A DNA stretch of 64,000 bases from Gammaproteobacteria bacterium (GCA_965261165.1 OZ253445.1:845987-909986), one strand, 5' to 3'. Shown: positions 42,221-54,596, counted from the stretch's first letter. Numbers and translations: made by a program. The notes: generated by a model from the sequence alone, not told the origin.

Positions 42221-43516
42221 TTGGCTATCAAGATAGATATTCCGTCAGATGGAGAAAAAATAACAATAAATGATGGCAAGCTATGCGTGCCAGACAATCC
42301 CGTTATCCCCTATATTGAGGGTGATGGGATAGGCCCTGATGTCTGGGCAGCAACCGTCAGAGTGCTGGACGCAGCTGTAGAAAAATCTTCACAAGGAAAC
42401 AAAAAAATCCATTGGGCTGAGGTCTATGCTGGAGAGAAAGCCAATCAGCTTTGTGGCAACTGGCTGCCTGATGAAACACTGGACACATGTAGAGAATGTC
42501 TAGTTGCGATCAAGGGGCCACTGACGACACCGATTGGCGGCGGCATCCGCTCACTCAACGTTGCCCTGAGACAAATCCTTGACCTTTATGTCTGTCTCAG
42601 ACCAGTACGTTGGTATACAGGTGTACCTTCACCTATTAAACGACCTGAGCTGGTTGATATGGTGATATTTAGGGAAAATACTGAGGACATTTATGCTGGG
42701 ATCGAATTTGAAAGTGGTTCTGATGAAAACATTCGCTTCCTGAAATTATTTAAAGAGACCTTTCCAAGCCATTATAAGAAAATACGTTTTCCAGAGTCAT
42801 CCGGAATAGGCATCAAACCCATCTCAAAGGAGGGCACTGAAAGACTGGTTAGGGCTGCAATCGAATATGCCATCATCAACCAGAGGAAAAGCGTTACTCT
42901 AGTGCATAAGGGTAACATAATGAAGTTTACTGAAGGTGCATTCAGAAACTGGGGCTACCAGCTTGCCGAATCAGACTTTAGTGATCACACCTATACTTGG
43001 GATCAATGGGAACGTACTCAGGCTGAACAAGGTGAAGATGCAGCAAATCAAGAGCAAAAAGAAGCGCTGAGTTCAGGAAAAATTCTAATCAAGGATGCCA
43101 TTGCTGATATCACCCTACAACAAATACTGACCAGACCAAAAGATTTTGATGTGATTGCGACAATGAATCTAAATGGTGATTATCTTTCGGATGCATTGGC
43201 TGCACAGGTAGGCGGTATTGGCATTGCACCAGGTGGGAATATTAACTACAACACAGGTTATGCGATATTCGAAGCCACTCATGGCACAGCACCAAAATAT
43301 TCAAATCAGGATAAAGTGAATCCTGGTTCATTGATTTTATCTGGTGAAATGATGCTACGTTATCTCGGTTGGGCAGATGCAGCAGATCTTATCATTAGCA
43401 CCATGGATGAAACGATTAGACAGAAAACCGTCACCTATGACTTCGCCAGAATGATGGACAATTCCACAGAAGTTAAATGCAGTGAATTTGCTAATGCACT
43501 GATTTCAAACATGTAG
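42221..43516 (+). CDS. icd: isocitrate dehydrogenase (NADP), E. coli Icd type
   Basis: 431-aa homodimeric ICDH sequence, including the AceK phosphorylation region ...[11 protein letters not shown]... Confidence 0.9.
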   Translation: MAIKIDIPSDGEKITINDGKLCVPDNPVIPYIEGDGIGPDVWAATVRVLDAAVEKSSQGNKKIHWAEVYAGEKANQLCGNWLPDETLDTCRECLVAIKGPLTTPIGGGIRSLNVALRQILDLYVCLRPVRWYTGVPSPIKRPELVDMVIFRENTEDIYAGIEFESGSDENIRFLKLFKETFPSHYKKIRFPESSGIGIKPISKEGTERLVRAAIEYAIINQRKSVTLVHKGNIMKFTEGAFRNWGYQLAESDFSDHTYTWDQWERTQAEQGEDAANQEQKEALSSGKILIKDAIADITLQQILTRPKDFDVIATMNLNGDYLSDALAAQVGGIGIAPGGNINYNTGYAIFEATHGTAPKYSNQDKVNPGSLILSGEMMLRYLGWADAADLIISTMDETIRQKTVTYDFARMMDNSTEVKCSEFANALISNM

Positions 43517-43527
43517 CCAAGATACTG

Positions 43528-45246
43528 TTGATGGCACAAATGCCAGATAGAAAGCTGATCACCGAATCCTCGCAGATCATCTATGATGGATTTGTTCAGT
43601 ACAATAATGTTTTTCATCGAATAACACGCCGCGCCAGAACCCGTTTCGAAAAGCGTGATTGGCAAGGTCACCAGCAAGACATTGTCGAACGTGTAGATCT
43701 ATACGAAAAATCGGTCAGACGTGTCGTCCTCTCCCTAAGACGTCATTTGAATAACCGTGTTAAAGAACGTGAACTCTGGAACTCCATTCGTTTTTATTTC
43801 GGCAGACGTCTGGACAAAGTTCCCGACTCTGGCTTTATTAAAACCTTTTTTAATTCAGCCACCAGAAGAATTTTTGGAACAGTTGGTACCGACCCCAAGC
43901 TCGAATTTGTTTCAGTAGACCTTTATGCTGATATTGAATTAGTTAATTCACTCAATCTAAAACGTTACCCTTTCTGGGGTTCCACTGAAAAGATATTTGA
44001 AGAAATACTCAATGATTTTTCATTCAGAGTTCCTTATGCAGAATTAATTAACAATGATATCGGGCAATTTATAGAAACAATATTTAGCAGGGAAAATGAA
44101 TACTTAAGATTTGAATTTATCGACTCTTTTTTCTATCAGGCAGCGCGCGCCTATCTCATAGGAAGAGTCGTTACTCGTAAAGATGTAACTCCAATTGTTA
44201 TTGCCTTTAAGAATACCGACAAGGGTATTGTTATTGATGCGGTACTGACCTCTGAAGAAGAGGTTAGTATCGTTTTTAGTTATACACGCTCCTATTATTT
44301 TGCTGATCCAAACTCAGTGGTTGGTGCGGTACATTTTATTCATTCAATCTTGCCCAGAAAACCGATAGATGAGCTCTACACAGTTTTAGGCCGACTGAGA
44401 CAAGGCAAGACCGAAAGGCACAGGATTTTTACCGAACATTTGCAATCGACCACAGATAAATTTGTGCACAGTGCAGGTGATGAAGGTCTGGTTATGATTG
44501 TATTTACTCTTCCTTCATATGATCTTGTCTTCAAAATAATCAGAGATAAATTTGGTTACCCGAAAATGATTACTCGCAATGAAGTCATCGATAAATACAA
44601 ACTCGTTTCTAAGCACGACCGTGCCGGGCGTTTGATTGACACGCAGGAATTCAGGAACCTTAAATTTCCTATCAATCGTTTCTCCAAAGAAATGCTGGAT
44701 GATTTGTTACAAGAAGCATCGAATACTGTAGAAATTATTGAGAATAATTTATTAATTAAGCATGTTTACATTGAACGCCGCGTACGACCTCTTAATTTAT
44801 ATATCAATGAGGTCGGCCGTGAAAAGGCAGAGCAGGCAATTCTTGATTATGGACAGGCGATTAAGGATCTGGCACAGACTAATATCTTTCCCGGAGATTT
44901 ATTATTGAAGAATTTTGGTGTCACACGCCATAACCGCATTCTTTTCTATGACTACGATGAGGTTAATCTGATTACCGAGTGCAATTTCCGGGACATCCCG
45001 AAAGCCAAAGATGATATCGATGAAATGCGTTCCGAATCCTGGTATTTCGTTGGTGAGAATGACATGTTTCCTGAAGAATTTATAAAATTTCTTTCTATGG
45101 ACAAAGATCTCCGTTCTCTATTTCTGGTAGTTCACGGTGAATTATTAACCGCAGAGTACTGGCGTAAAATAAAATCGTTACACCAGACGGGCAAAATACG
45201 TCTGGTTGTCCCCTATACCAGACCCAGGCTTCCTCAAAATAAATAG
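43528..45246 (+). CDS. aceK: isocitrate dehydrogenase kinase/phosphatase
   Basis: 572 aa; full-length AceK, adjacent to icd. Confidence 0.9.
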   Translation: MMAQMPDRKLITESSQIIYDGFVQYNNVFHRITRRARTRFEKRDWQGHQQDIVERVDLYEKSVRRVVLSLRRHLNNRVKERELWNSIRFYFGRRLDKVPDSGFIKTFFNSATRRIFGTVGTDPKLEFVSVDLYADIELVNSLNLKRYPFWGSTEKIFEEILNDFSFRVPYAELINNDIGQFIETIFSRENEYLRFEFIDSFFYQAARAYLIGRVVTRKDVTPIVIAFKNTDKGIVIDAVLTSEEEVSIVFSYTRSYYFADPNSVVGAVHFIHSILPRKPIDELYTVLGRLRQGKTERHRIFTEHLQSTTDKFVHSAGDEGLVMIVFTLPSYDLVFKIIRDKFGYPKMITRNEVIDKYKLVSKHDRAGRLIDTQEFRNLKFPINRFSKEMLDDLLQEASNTVEIIENNLLIKHVYIERRVRPLNLYINEVGREKAEQAILDYGQAIKDLAQTNIFPGDLLLKNFGVTRHNRILFYDYDEVNLITECNFRDIPKAKDDIDEMRSESWYFVGENDMFPEEFIKFLSMDKDLRSLFLVVHGELLTAEYWRKIKSLHQTGKIRLVVPYTRPRLPQNK

Positions 45247-45266
45247 AAAAACACTTAATCCGACGA

Positions 45267-46568
45267 CTAAACTACTACTTTAGAGTCGAACTGTGCTTCT
45301 TCAGTAGAACCAGTTAATGCGGTCACTGAAGATGCACCACCTTGAATCACAGTTGTTACATCATCAAAGTACCCAGCGCCAACTTCCTGCTGATGACTTG
45401 CAAATGTATAACCGTGTTTTGATGCTGCAAATTCAGGCTCCTGAACTTGTTCAACATAGGCGCTCATGCCACGTTCCATATAATCACGAGTCAGGTTAAA
45501 CATGTTGTACCACATGCTATGAATACCGGCCAAAGTGATGAACTGATACTTGTAACCCATTGCGCCCAGTTCTTTCTGGAATTTTGCGATAGTTGCATCG
45601 TTAAGATTCTTCTTCCAGTTAAAAGAAGGTGAGCAGTTATAAGCCAGCAACTGAGCAGGATGTTCTTTACGAACAGCTTCAGCAAATTTCTTGGCTTCAT
45701 CCAGATCTGGAACTGCGGTCTCACACCACAAAAGATCCGCATAAGGTGCGTATGCAATACCACGAGCAATTGCTTGATCAATACCAGCATTGGTCTGGTA
45801 AAAACCTTCTGGCGTACGTTTACCGGTAATGAATGGCGCATCACGATCATCAACATCAGAGGTTAGCAGATCAGCAGCATTCGCATCTGTGCGCGCAAGA
45901 ACGATGGTTGGAACACCCATGATGTCTGCCGCCAACCGCGCTGAGATCAATTTCTGAATAGCTTCTTGAGTTGGCACAAGTACCTTACCCCCCATGTGTC
46001 CGCATTTCTTGACAGAAGCCAATTGATCTTCAAAGTGAACGCCAGCAGCACCAGCTTCGATCATGTTCTTCATTAATTCAAATGCGTTCAATACGCCACC
46101 AAAGCCAGCTTCAGCATCAGCAATGATTGGGGCGAAATAATCAATGTCATTATTGCCTTTAGCCCACTGAATTTCATCAGCACGACGGAAAGTATTATTA
46201 ATACGCCTCACCATGGTTGGCACTGAATTGTAGGCGTAGAGAGATTGATCTGGATACATGGTTTCTGATGTATTACCGTCGGCAGCAACCTGCCAACCTG
46301 ATAAATAGATAGCTTTGATGCCACCTTTTACCTGCTGCATTGCCTGACCAGCAGTAATCGCACCCATGCAGTTAACATAGCCATCTTCATCATTAACAAG
46401 ATCCCATAATTTTTCAGCACCACAGGTTGCTAATGTGTATTCTTCCATGACTGAACCACGTAAACGTACTACGTCTCCTGCGCTGTAATTACGCGTAACA
46501 TTTGCCCAGCGCTGCTTTTCAGCCCAATCTTTCTCTAACTGCTTGATTTGCTCTTCTCTCGACACCAT
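45267..46568 (-). CDS. aceA: isocitrate lyase
   Basis: ICL signature KKCGHMGGK; start set at MVSREEQ (ATG 46568), preceded by GGAGG; the ORF track extends further to 46643. Confidence 0.9.
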   Translation of the reverse strand: MVSREEQIKQLEKDWAEKQRWANVTRNYSAGDVVRLRGSVMEEYTLATCGAEKLWDLVNDEDGYVNCMGAITAGQAMQQVKGGIKAIYLSGWQVAADGNTSETMYPDQSLYAYNSVPTMVRRINNTFRRADEIQWAKGNNDIDYFAPIIADAEAGFGGVLNAFELMKNMIEAGAAGVHFEDQLASVKKCGHMGGKVLVPTQEAIQKLISARLAADIMGVPTIVLARTDANAADLLTSDVDDRDAPFITGKRTPEGFYQTNAGIDQAIARGIAYAPYADLLWCETAVPDLDEAKKFAEAVRKEHPAQLLAYNCSPSFNWKKNLNDATIAKFQKELGAMGYKYQFITLAGIHSMWYNMFNLTRDYMERGMSAYVEQVQEPEFAASKHGYTFASHQQEVGAGYFDDVTTVIQGGASSVTALTGSTEEAQFDSKVVV

Positions 46569-46887
46569 TAAACCTCCTAAAACTACTGCCTTACATAATA
46601 AAAATATCAACCAACTTAACCAAAGGAATAATAAAAATCTCAACTAAGTCTAAAAAATTCAGCCTGCTATTTTCACATAAAACCCCTCTTCCTGCTAGGA
46701 AAACACACTAAAATCGATGATAAATCTACTCAATAAATACACCTGCCTGATTACGATTTCTTTTATAAATCATTAAAATCTAGCAAAGATGAATGAATGT
46801 GATCCTAAAAAAAATAACCAAATCAGTGTGGCATCCCTGTACTTCCACAGTATAATAAGAGTTAGCACAACAAAAAAGCACATATGC

Positions 46888-47208
46888 ATGACAAAAAAGA
46901 TTGAACATCGCCACGATAGTGACATCGCAGTACAGGAGGCGAGGCCTAAGCCCAAACTTCCTTCACTGTACAAAGTCATCCTTAAGAATGATGACTATAC
47001 CCCTATGGATTTTGTCGTGGAAATCCTGGAAAGTTTTTTCAATATGAATATTGAATCTGCCACGCATATCATGTTGGACGTACATAAAAGCGGCAAAGGT
47101 ATTTGTGGTATTTTTAGTCAGGAAATAGCAGAAACAAAAGTAGCTCAGGTCAATAATTATTCGCGAGAAAATCAACACCCTCTTCTCTGCTCCATGGAAA
47201 AAGAATGA
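46888..47208 (+). CDS. clpS: ATP-dependent Clp protease adaptor ClpS
   Basis: 106 aa from the internal Met; ...[21 protein letters not shown]... is the ClpS core. Confidence 0.85.
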   Translation: MTKKIEHRHDSDIAVQEARPKPKLPSLYKVILKNDDYTPMDFVVEILESFFNMNIESATHIMLDVHKSGKGICGIFSQEIAETKVAQVNNYSRENQHPLLCSMEKE

Positions 47209-47235
47209 GAGGAAAAAGAATAAGGAAAACTCGTT

Positions 47236-49500
47236 ATGTTGGATAAAGATCTTGAAGTCACTCTAAACAGCGTTTTTAACGAGGCGCGCGATAGACGCCA
47301 TGAATATGTCACGGTTGAACATCTGTTGCTTGCCTTACTCGATAACAACTCTGCCGCACAGGTACTTAAAGCCTGCGGCGCTAATTTAAATGTATTGCAT
47401 GGCGAATTAAGCAAATTTATTCAGGAGAACTCGCCCCTCCTTACCGAAGGTGATGAACACGATACCCAACCAACACTCGGTTTCCAACGAGTACTACAAC
47501 GTGCTGTCTTCCATGTACAATCATCGGGCAAAAAACAAGTTAAGGGCGCAAATGTTCTGGTGGCCATTTTTGGAGAACGAGAATCACACGCGGCCTATTT
47601 TTTGGGTCAGCAGGAAGTCAGTCGTCTGGATGTGATTAATTACATCGCCCATGGTATTGTAAAAATATCCGAAGACGAGCATGGCAATGAAGCAGAACCA
47701 GTCGAGGAAGAGCTTGCCGCAGATGAAACTGGCACCACCCCACTGGAAAAATATGCAGCTAATCTGAATCAACAGGCAGAACTGGGAAAAATAGACCCAC
47801 TGATTGGCCGACAACATGAAATCGAACGAACTATCCAGATTCTCTGCCGCCGAAGAAAAAACAACCCGCTCTACATAGGTGAAGCAGGTGTTGGTAAAAC
47901 CGCCATCGCGGAAGGATTAGCCAAAAAAATCGTCGATGGAGAAATTCCAGATGTACTTACGGATAATATTATTTATTCACTCGATCTGGGAGCGTTACTC
48001 GCGGGTACGAAATACCGCGGTGATTTTGAGAAACGTCTGAAGAATATAATTTCCCAACTAAAGAAAATAAAAAATTCCGTGCTGTTTATCGACGAGATTC
48101 ATAGCATTATCGGAGCAGGCGCTGCCTCAGGCGGGGTGATGGATGCATCAAATATTATCAAACCTGTTCTGGCTTCTGGAGAAATAAAATGCATCGGTTC
48201 TACAACTTATCAGGAATATCGAGGTATCTTTGAAAAGGATCGCGCACTTGCCAGACGCTTTCAAAAAATTGATGTTACAGAACCTAGCGTCAATGAAACG
48301 GTTAAAATTCTTGAAGGTCTAAAATCACGATTTGAAGAACACCATCAGATTAAATACACACATCAGGCACTACGATCATCTGCCGAATTGACTGATCGTT
48401 ATATTACCGATAGGCATTTGCCTGACAAGGCGATTGATATCATCGATGAAGCAGGCGCATCTCAACAATTATTGCCGATTTCTCGTAGAAAAAAATCAAT
48501 TGGTGTTCATGACATAGAAAATATTGTTGCTAAGATAGCCAGGATACCCGCAAAAAATATCACTGCATCAGATAGGGATATAATGAAAAATCTTGAGCGC
48601 AATCTGAAGATGGTTGTCTTCGGCCAGGATGAGGCAATCAGCACATTAAGCAGCGCAATTAAGATGGCTCGCTCAGGTCTGGGCGATACACAGCAGCCTG
48701 TTGGTTCATTCCTCTTTGCGGGGCCCACTGGTGTTGGCAAAACAGAGATTACTCGCCAGCTTGCCAGTATGATGGGAATTGAGCTGACTCGCTTTGATAT
48801 GTCTGAATATATGGAGCGTCACACTGTTTCTCGTTTAATCGGCGCTCCTCCAGGTTATGTGGGCTTTGATCAAGGCGGCTTGCTCACGGAAGAGATAAAC
48901 AAACACCCTCACTCAGTTCTATTGCTGGATGAAATCGAAAAGGCACATCCAGATGTATTTAATTTATTATTGCAAGTCATGGATCACGGCACGCTGACAG
49001 ATACCAATGGTCGCAAGACTGATTTCCGCAGTGTCATTATCGTCATGACCACCAATGCTGGTGCGGAGCGTATCAGTCGCTCATCCGTTGGATTCACGCA
49101 TCAGGATCACAGTAGCGATGCCATGGAGGCAATCAAGAAAACCTTCAGTCCTGAATTTAGAAACAGGTTGAATGCCATCATTCAATTCAATGTCTTGGAT
49201 ACTAAAACCATTGCTAATGTGGTTGATAAATTTATTATCGAACTGGAAGCTCAGCTTGATACCAAAAAAGTTCTTATCAACATTGATGAGTCTGCCAAAA
49301 AATGGTTAGGATTACATGGTTACGACAAAGACATGGGCGCAAGACCTATGGCTAGACTGATCCAGGATAAAATCAAAAAACCCCTAGCCGAAGAATTGCT
49401 GTTTGGCAGGCTTGAGCATGGCGGCCAAGTACTAGTTAGCGAAAAAGATGGCCAGCTCACTATTGAAGTACTGGAAAAAGAAACTGCTCAAACTGCCTAG
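47236..49500 (+). CDS. clpA: ATP-dependent Clp protease ATP-binding subunit ClpA
   Basis: 754 aa; two AAA+ modules (GEAGVGKT and GPTGVGKT); clpS-clpA pair. Confidence 0.9.
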   Translation: MLDKDLEVTLNSVFNEARDRRHEYVTVEHLLLALLDNNSAAQVLKACGANLNVLHGELSKFIQENSPLLTEGDEHDTQPTLGFQRVLQRAVFHVQSSGKKQVKGANVLVAIFGERESHAAYFLGQQEVSRLDVINYIAHGIVKISEDEHGNEAEPVEEELAADETGTTPLEKYAANLNQQAELGKIDPLIGRQHEIERTIQILCRRRKNNPLYIGEAGVGKTAIAEGLAKKIVDGEIPDVLTDNIIYSLDLGALLAGTKYRGDFEKRLKNIISQLKKIKNSVLFIDEIHSIIGAGAASGGVMDASNIIKPVLASGEIKCIGSTTYQEYRGIFEKDRALARRFQKIDVTEPSVNETVKILEGLKSRFEEHHQIKYTHQALRSSAELTDRYITDRHLPDKAIDIIDEAGASQQLLPISRRKKSIGVHDIENIVAKIARIPAKNITASDRDIMKNLERNLKMVVFGQDEAISTLSSAIKMARSGLGDTQQPVGSFLFAGPTGVGKTEITRQLASMMGIELTRFDMSEYMERHTVSRLIGAPPGYVGFDQGGLLTEEINKHPHSVLLLDEIEKAHPDVFNLLLQVMDHGTLTDTNGRKTDFRSVIIVMTTNAGAERISRSSVGFTHQDHSSDAMEAIKKTFSPEFRNRLNAIIQFNVLDTKTIANVVDKFIIELEAQLDTKKVLINIDESAKKWLGLHGYDKDMGARPMARLIQDKIKKPLAEELLFGRLEHGGQVLVSEKDGQLTIEVLEKETAQTA

Positions 49501-49525
49501 GCGGGCAGCCTGCCTTTAATACTTT

Positions 49526-50854
49526 CTACACCAGTAACTCAACCAGCACTTTTGAATTACGTTGATAGTTATAGAATTCCTGTTTAGACACAGGCAAATC
49601 ATTCACATCAGCTTCAACAAAACCACGCTCCAAAAACCAATGAACCGCTTGAGTGGTTAGAACAAAAAGTTTCTCAACGCCGAGCTTAATCGCCTGCTCT
49701 TCTACGTTTAAGAATAGCCCTTCACCCTTACCCAATTCCCGATAATTTTCATCTACTGCAAGACAGGCCAATTCTGCATATTTATTACCTTCTACATGCA
49801 ATGCTGCACAGGCGATGACTGAGCCATCACGGACTAGAACAGTATAATCATCAATAGCGGATTCTATTTTTTCTCGTGAACGACGGACTAACAGACCTTC
49901 CTGCTCTAGTGGTTGAATCAATTCCAGAATGCCACCAATATCATCAATCGTTGCTGCTCTTATTTGATCAAAAGAAGCTGAGCTCAATAATGTGCCCACG
50001 CCATCGCGACTAAATAATTCCAGTAATAAACTCCCATCCTGCTCCTGTTGCAGAAAATGCACGCGTTTCACACCTTCGTTACAGGCACGTACACCGCAAG
50101 ATAATTTTAAACAAGTGAGTTCATTCAAATTTGATTTATCGAGCAGGGTTTCAGCTTCAATTTGCGTCAGTTGATGAATGCTTTCTCCTTTATCATCTTT
50201 CAGTCCCATGTTTTGGTCAGCCCCCGGCATAAGATAAAGTAATTTATCCGCTTCAAGACTGATCGCTATTTTCATAGCGACCTCAGTAGCACGTAAATTA
50301 AATACTTCACCTGTCGACGAATAACCGATGGGTGATATCAGAACAATCTCATTATTATCAAGTTTGCGAATCATCGTTTTGGTATCAATACGGCGAATCT
50401 CCCCAGTAAAACCCAGATCAACACCATCAACCACACCAACTGGTTTGGCGGTAATAAAATTACCTGAAGTAACCTTTAACTGTGCATCTTCCATCGGTGA
50501 GTTTGGCAAGCCCATTGAAAGTAAGGCCTCGATCTGAATCCTTGTAGCGCCCACAACCTCTTTCACACATGCTATCGACACTTCATCAGTCAAACGTAGT
50601 CCACGTACAAAACGTGACTCAATATTCCTTTGTTGTTGTGATTTTTCAATTTGCGGACGCACACCAAAGACGATAATCAGGCGAATACCCAAACTATTAA
50701 GTAGGGCGATATCGTGTATAAGATGAGCAAACTCATCACTATCAACTAAATCACCTTCAAATTGTAAAACAACAGTCTTGCCACGATGCGCATGAATATA
50801 AGGCGCAGCAGAACGAAACCATTTAACAAACTCAGAAAGATGATTCGACATCAT
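49526..50854 (-). CDS. argA: amino-acid N-acetyltransferase (N-acetylglutamate synthase)
   Basis: 442 aa; an amino-acid-kinase-like domain plus a C-terminal GNAT domain. Confidence 0.85.
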   Translation of the reverse strand: MMSNHLSEFVKWFRSAAPYIHAHRGKTVVLQFEGDLVDSDEFAHLIHDIALLNSLGIRLIIVFGVRPQIEKSQQQRNIESRFVRGLRLTDEVSIACVKEVVGATRIQIEALLSMGLPNSPMEDAQLKVTSGNFITAKPVGVVDGVDLGFTGEIRRIDTKTMIRKLDNNEIVLISPIGYSSTGEVFNLRATEVAMKIAISLEADKLLYLMPGADQNMGLKDDKGESIHQLTQIEAETLLDKSNLNELTCLKLSCGVRACNEGVKRVHFLQQEQDGSLLLELFSRDGVGTLLSSASFDQIRAATIDDIGGILELIQPLEQEGLLVRRSREKIESAIDDYTVLVRDGSVIACAALHVEGNKYAELACLAVDENYRELGKGEGLFLNVEEQAIKLGVEKLFVLTTQAVHWFLERGFVEADVNDLPVSKQEFYNYQRNSKVLVELLV

Positions 50855-50891
50855 TAATTACCATTTATAAACTACTTTATCGTAGCCTATA

Positions 50892-52097
50892 TTAATCATG
50901 TCGTACACAAAAATGATTAACCATATTCGTCACTATATCCAGCATCGGTGGGATTCTGTCCAATGACAAATATTCATTGGCTTGGTGTGCCTGATCAATA
51001 TCTCCTGGCCCAAGCACAACCGTATCTATGCCCATAGCATTCAAATATGGGCCTTCTGTGCCAAATGCCACCGTCCCTGATTCTCGTCCAGATAATTTCT
51101 CAGCGATCTGAATCACTTCTGAATTTTTATCTGTTTCAAATCCTGGGATACCATCAAAAATGGAGCCACATTCAACACTGAGTCCGGAACCTGAGATGGT
51201 CTCAGAAATCAAAGTCCTCAGACTCGCCCGTATCTTTTCCAGTTCCATTTCAGGCATCAAACGTAAATCAATCGTTAGCTCACAATCCGCGCATATCCTG
51301 TTAGGGTTGTCTCCTCCATGGATGGTGCCAAGATTAATCGTCGGCTCTGGCACCAAAAACCTCGCATCATGAAACTGTTTTTGCAATCCTTCTCGCCATT
51401 GCAGGATGGCACTCATGACACATTGCATCCCTTCAAGTGCACTGTTCCCCAACACCGGGTTACTTGAATGTCCAGCCTGACCTTTTATCTTAATCGACTC
51501 CATAAGAATACCTTTATGCATATATACCGGCATTAAACCCGTGGGTTCACCGATAAGTGCATGCCTTCCCATGGATTTGCCATATCCTGCAAGCGCCCGT
51601 GCACCAGACATGGTACTTTCTTCGTCTGCTGTCGCCAAAACATAAAGCGGTTGTCTCAATTCACGCACATTCAATTGCTGTGCAACTTCCATAACAATCG
51701 GAAAAAAACTCTTCATGTCACAGATCCCCAGCCCATGCAGCCGACCGTCATTTTCAATCAACTTGAAGGGGTCATGATCCCAAGAATCGGCACTGAATGG
51801 CACCGTATCAGTGTGTCCAGACAACACCAAACCACCCTCACCTCCTCCCTCACCATCGTATAGGCAAGCAATTAAATTAAATTTTTCTGCATTTGAGGCA
51901 GAATCAGGTTCGGCAGGAACAGGGATGATCTCCAACTTGAAACCAATCCCTTCCAGCCAACCTGCCAATAGATCAACCACGCCACGATTACTCTGATCCA
52001 ATTGCGGATCGGTACTACTCACCGAAGGTGCAGCCACCAATTGTGAGAAACTCTCAAATATCTCAGGAACTTGTTTGTTCATTGTAATCTCTCGCAT
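50892..52097 (-). CDS. argE: acetylornithine deacetylase (M20 peptidase family)
   Basis: M20 metal-binding motifs (HTDTV...); start possibly at the internal MNKQ. Confidence 0.8.
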   Translation of the reverse strand: MREITMNKQVPEIFESFSQLVAAPSVSSTDPQLDQSNRGVVDLLAGWLEGIGFKLEIIPVPAEPDSASNAEKFNLIACLYDGEGGGEGGLVLSGHTDTVPFSADSWDHDPFKLIENDGRLHGLGICDMKSFFPIVMEVAQQLNVRELRQPLYVLATADEESTMSGARALAGYGKSMGRHALIGEPTGLMPVYMHKGILMESIKIKGQAGHSSNPVLGNSALEGMQCVMSAILQWREGLQKQFHDARFLVPEPTINLGTIHGGDNPNRICADCELTIDLRLMPEMELEKIRASLRTLISETISGSGLSVECGSIFDGIPGFETDKNSEVIQIAEKLSGRESGTVAFGTEGPYLNAMGIDTVVLGPGDIDQAHQANEYLSLDRIPPMLDIVTNMVNHFCVRHD

Positions 52098-52205
52098 ATA
52101 TCCCGAATGGCTATTGCCAGACGATGACAGGTTTTATATTGTGTTGTATTGTATCGCGTCTTTTTACAGTCTGGCTAATTAACATAATTTTATTCTGGAA
52201 TAAGC

Positions 52206-53885
52206 ATGACAAAGCCTTTAAATCGCTACAGTTCGCGCATTACTCAACCCAAATCACAAGGCGCATCACAGGCCATGCTTTATGGTACTGGCATGACACG
52301 CGAAGATATGAATAAGCCACAGGTAGGCATCTCCAGCATTTGGTATGAAGGAAATACCTGCAATATGCACTTATTATCTCTGGCTGAGAAAATTAAAGAA
52401 GGTGTGGTCAGGGCAGGGTTAATCGGCATGCGTTTTAACACCATTGGCGTCAGTGATGGCATTTCCATGGGCACAGATGGCATGAGTTATTCACTACAAT
52501 CTCGCGACTTGATTGCTGATTCTATCGAAACCGTTATGAGCGCCCAATGGTATGACGCCAACGTCTCTATCCCTGGCTGCGATAAAAATATGCCCGGTTG
52601 TATTATCGCTATGGGTCGCTTAAATCGCCCAGCCTTAATGGTCTATGGCGGCACGATCAAGCCGGGACATCGCGGCGAACAGAAGCTCGACATCATCTCA
52701 GCATTCCAGAGCTATGGTGAATTTATTGTTGGCAGTATTGACGAAGACACACGTCAGGACATTGTCAGTAAATCCTGCCCTGGTGCAGGTGCCTGCGGCG
52801 GAATGTATACCGCCAACACCATGGCATCCGCCGTTGAAGCTATGGGCATGTCACTGCCTTATAGCTCTTCTACACCTGCCGTTGAGCCGGGCAAACTTGA
52901 TGAATGTTTACGTGTTGGTACAGCCATTAAAAATTTACTGGAAAAAGATATCAAACCGCGTGACATCATGACACGTGAAGCATTTGAAAATGCCATTGTC
53001 TTGATCATCGTGCTCGGCGGCTCAACCAATGCCGTACTTCATTTAATAGCCATGGCACGTTCAGTCGATGTCGAATTAACCATTGATGATTTCCAGACAG
53101 TCAGTGACCGAACACCGTTCCTTGCTGATCTAAAACCCAGTGGTCAATATGTTATGGAAGATTTGCATCTTGTCGGCGGTATCCCTGCCGTTATGAAATG
53201 CCTTTTAGACAACAATATGATTAATGGCGACTGTCTCACTGTGACCGGCAAAACGATTGCTGAAAATCTTGCCGATGTTCCAGGCTTAAATGAAGGGCAA
53301 GAAGTGATTCATGCTTTGGATAACCCTATCAAAGAAACTGGACATTTAAGAATCCTTAAAGGCAACCTAGCACCAGGCGGTAGCGTTGCAAAGATCACTG
53401 GCAAAGAAGGCATGAACTTTACTGGCCCTGCAAAAGTTTACGATTCTGAAGAAGACATGCTCAAGGCATTAGAAGCTAAAGACATCAGTAAAGGCGATGT
53501 TATTGTGATTCGTTATGAAGGTCCAAAAGGTGGTCCCGGCATGCCCGAAATGTTAACACCTACCTCAGCTATCATGGGAGCAGGTTTAGGATCTGATGTT
53601 GCCATGATCACCGATGGTCGTTTTTCTGGAGGCTCACACGGCTTCATCATTGGTCATGTCGTGCCGGAAGCTCAAGAAGGCGGACCCATCGCGCTCATCA
53701 AAACAGGTGATATCATTACCGTGAACGGTGAAACCAATATGATCAATGTTGATCTCTCTGATCAAGAACTGGCACAAAGAAAAAAATACTGGGTAATGCC
53801 TCCGTACAAGACATCAAGAGGCACGCTCTATAAATACACCAAGAATGTAAGATCTGCTTCAGATGGGTGCGTTACTGACGAGTAA
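52206..53885 (+). CDS. ilvD: dihydroxy-acid dehydratase
   Basis: 559-aa ILVD/EDD-family sequence with the CDKNMPG and SGGSHGFI motifs. Confidence 0.9.
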   Translation: MTKPLNRYSSRITQPKSQGASQAMLYGTGMTREDMNKPQVGISSIWYEGNTCNMHLLSLAEKIKEGVVRAGLIGMRFNTIGVSDGISMGTDGMSYSLQSRDLIADSIETVMSAQWYDANVSIPGCDKNMPGCIIAMGRLNRPALMVYGGTIKPGHRGEQKLDIISAFQSYGEFIVGSIDEDTRQDIVSKSCPGAGACGGMYTANTMASAVEAMGMSLPYSSSTPAVEPGKLDECLRVGTAIKNLLEKDIKPRDIMTREAFENAIVLIIVLGGSTNAVLHLIAMARSVDVELTIDDFQTVSDRTPFLADLKPSGQYVMEDLHLVGGIPAVMKCLLDNNMINGDCLTVTGKTIAENLADVPGLNEGQEVIHALDNPIKETGHLRILKGNLAPGGSVAKITGKEGMNFTGPAKVYDSEEDMLKALEAKDISKGDVIVIRYEGPKGGPGMPEMLTPTSAIMGAGLGSDVAMITDGRFSGGSHGFIIGHVVPEAQEGGPIALIKTGDIITVNGETNMINVDLSDQELAQRKKYWVMPPYKTSRGTLYKYTKNVRSASDGCVTDE

Positions 53886-53889
53886 ACCA

Positions 53890-54130
53890 CCAAGTTCAGT
53901 TGACGCTAGCGCGTCCATTTATCAATCGCCGTAACGAAGTCGTACTGCGTACCAGTGGCACCTACACCAATTACGGCGGCAGCAAAGTCAGCGCCCGACT
54001 TGGCGGCAACGATGCGATTTCATACCAAGTCCCGGGCAGCCAGTTCGATCTCCGGTGTCTATGTGGGGATTAGCCTACATCACGCCATCAAGGACAACGC
54101 AACCGTAGGCGGCGACATCGAATAACCCCC
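53890..54130 (+). pseudogene. unidentified gene fragment (short C-terminal remnant, frameshifted)
   Basis: Two frames read as ...LRTSGTYTNYGGSKVSARLGGNDAISYQVPGSQFDL... and ...GVYVGISLHHAIKDNATVGGDIE*, with no start; it looks like a decayed coding remnant. Confidence 0.2.
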
Positions 54131-54136
54131 TCGCCT

Positions 54137-54346
54137 TCAGTGCACTCCGCTCTGTTTGACATAACAGTCAAGTTTTAGACGGATTATTCCCCCCGGCCCG
54201 GCCCGGGCTCCCCTCATCAGAGAGCTGGGTTCGTAACCAGCGTTAGAACCCCCCCCTAAATCCTCCTTACTAGGGGGCTTTGTGCGTTGGTTGTTGAAAT
54301 TCGGCTTTGGCCGCGCAAGCCTGTGAAACCTAGGTCTCCGCACCAA
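54137..54346. repeat. GC-rich MITE-like repeat copy (inverted relative to the copy at 58255-58403)
   Basis: ...aacccccccctaaatcctccttactagggggctttg... matches the reverse complement of 58320-58365 (aacccaacccccctaaatcccccttatcagggggactttc); contains the palindromic C/G tracts ccggcccggcccggg. Confidence 0.45.
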
Positions 54347-54596
54347 AAATTAAAAATTTCAGACAAAATGCTGTCTTAACCATCAACTTATTTTGAACTT
54401 TCATCGGTTGATTTTGAGACGACTGTACCATTGATAATTTCACCATCCATTCCATATCCACTCATAAACAATAGTCATAATGATAATCCATGACGCAACC
54501 CGTCTATTCTCTGGCATAATGAACGTCAAAAGGTTGTTTTGATTTCAATGCCCCATAAGACACAACAAGTAATTTCCGTCTCACAGCACATACAGA

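Noticed and set aside
46773-47178. Minus-strand ORFs 46773-46979 and 46963-47178
   Set aside because: Antisense to clpS and its leader; the clpS call is strongly supported.
49501-49525. Possible bidirectional terminator between clpA and argA
   Set aside because: Only a 5-bp stem (ggcag/ctgcc) with an implausibly short loop; not convincing.
54137-54346. 69-aa minus-strand ORF rich in Pro/Gly/Arg
   Set aside because: Lies entirely within the GC-tract MITE-like repeat; no start context; spurious.
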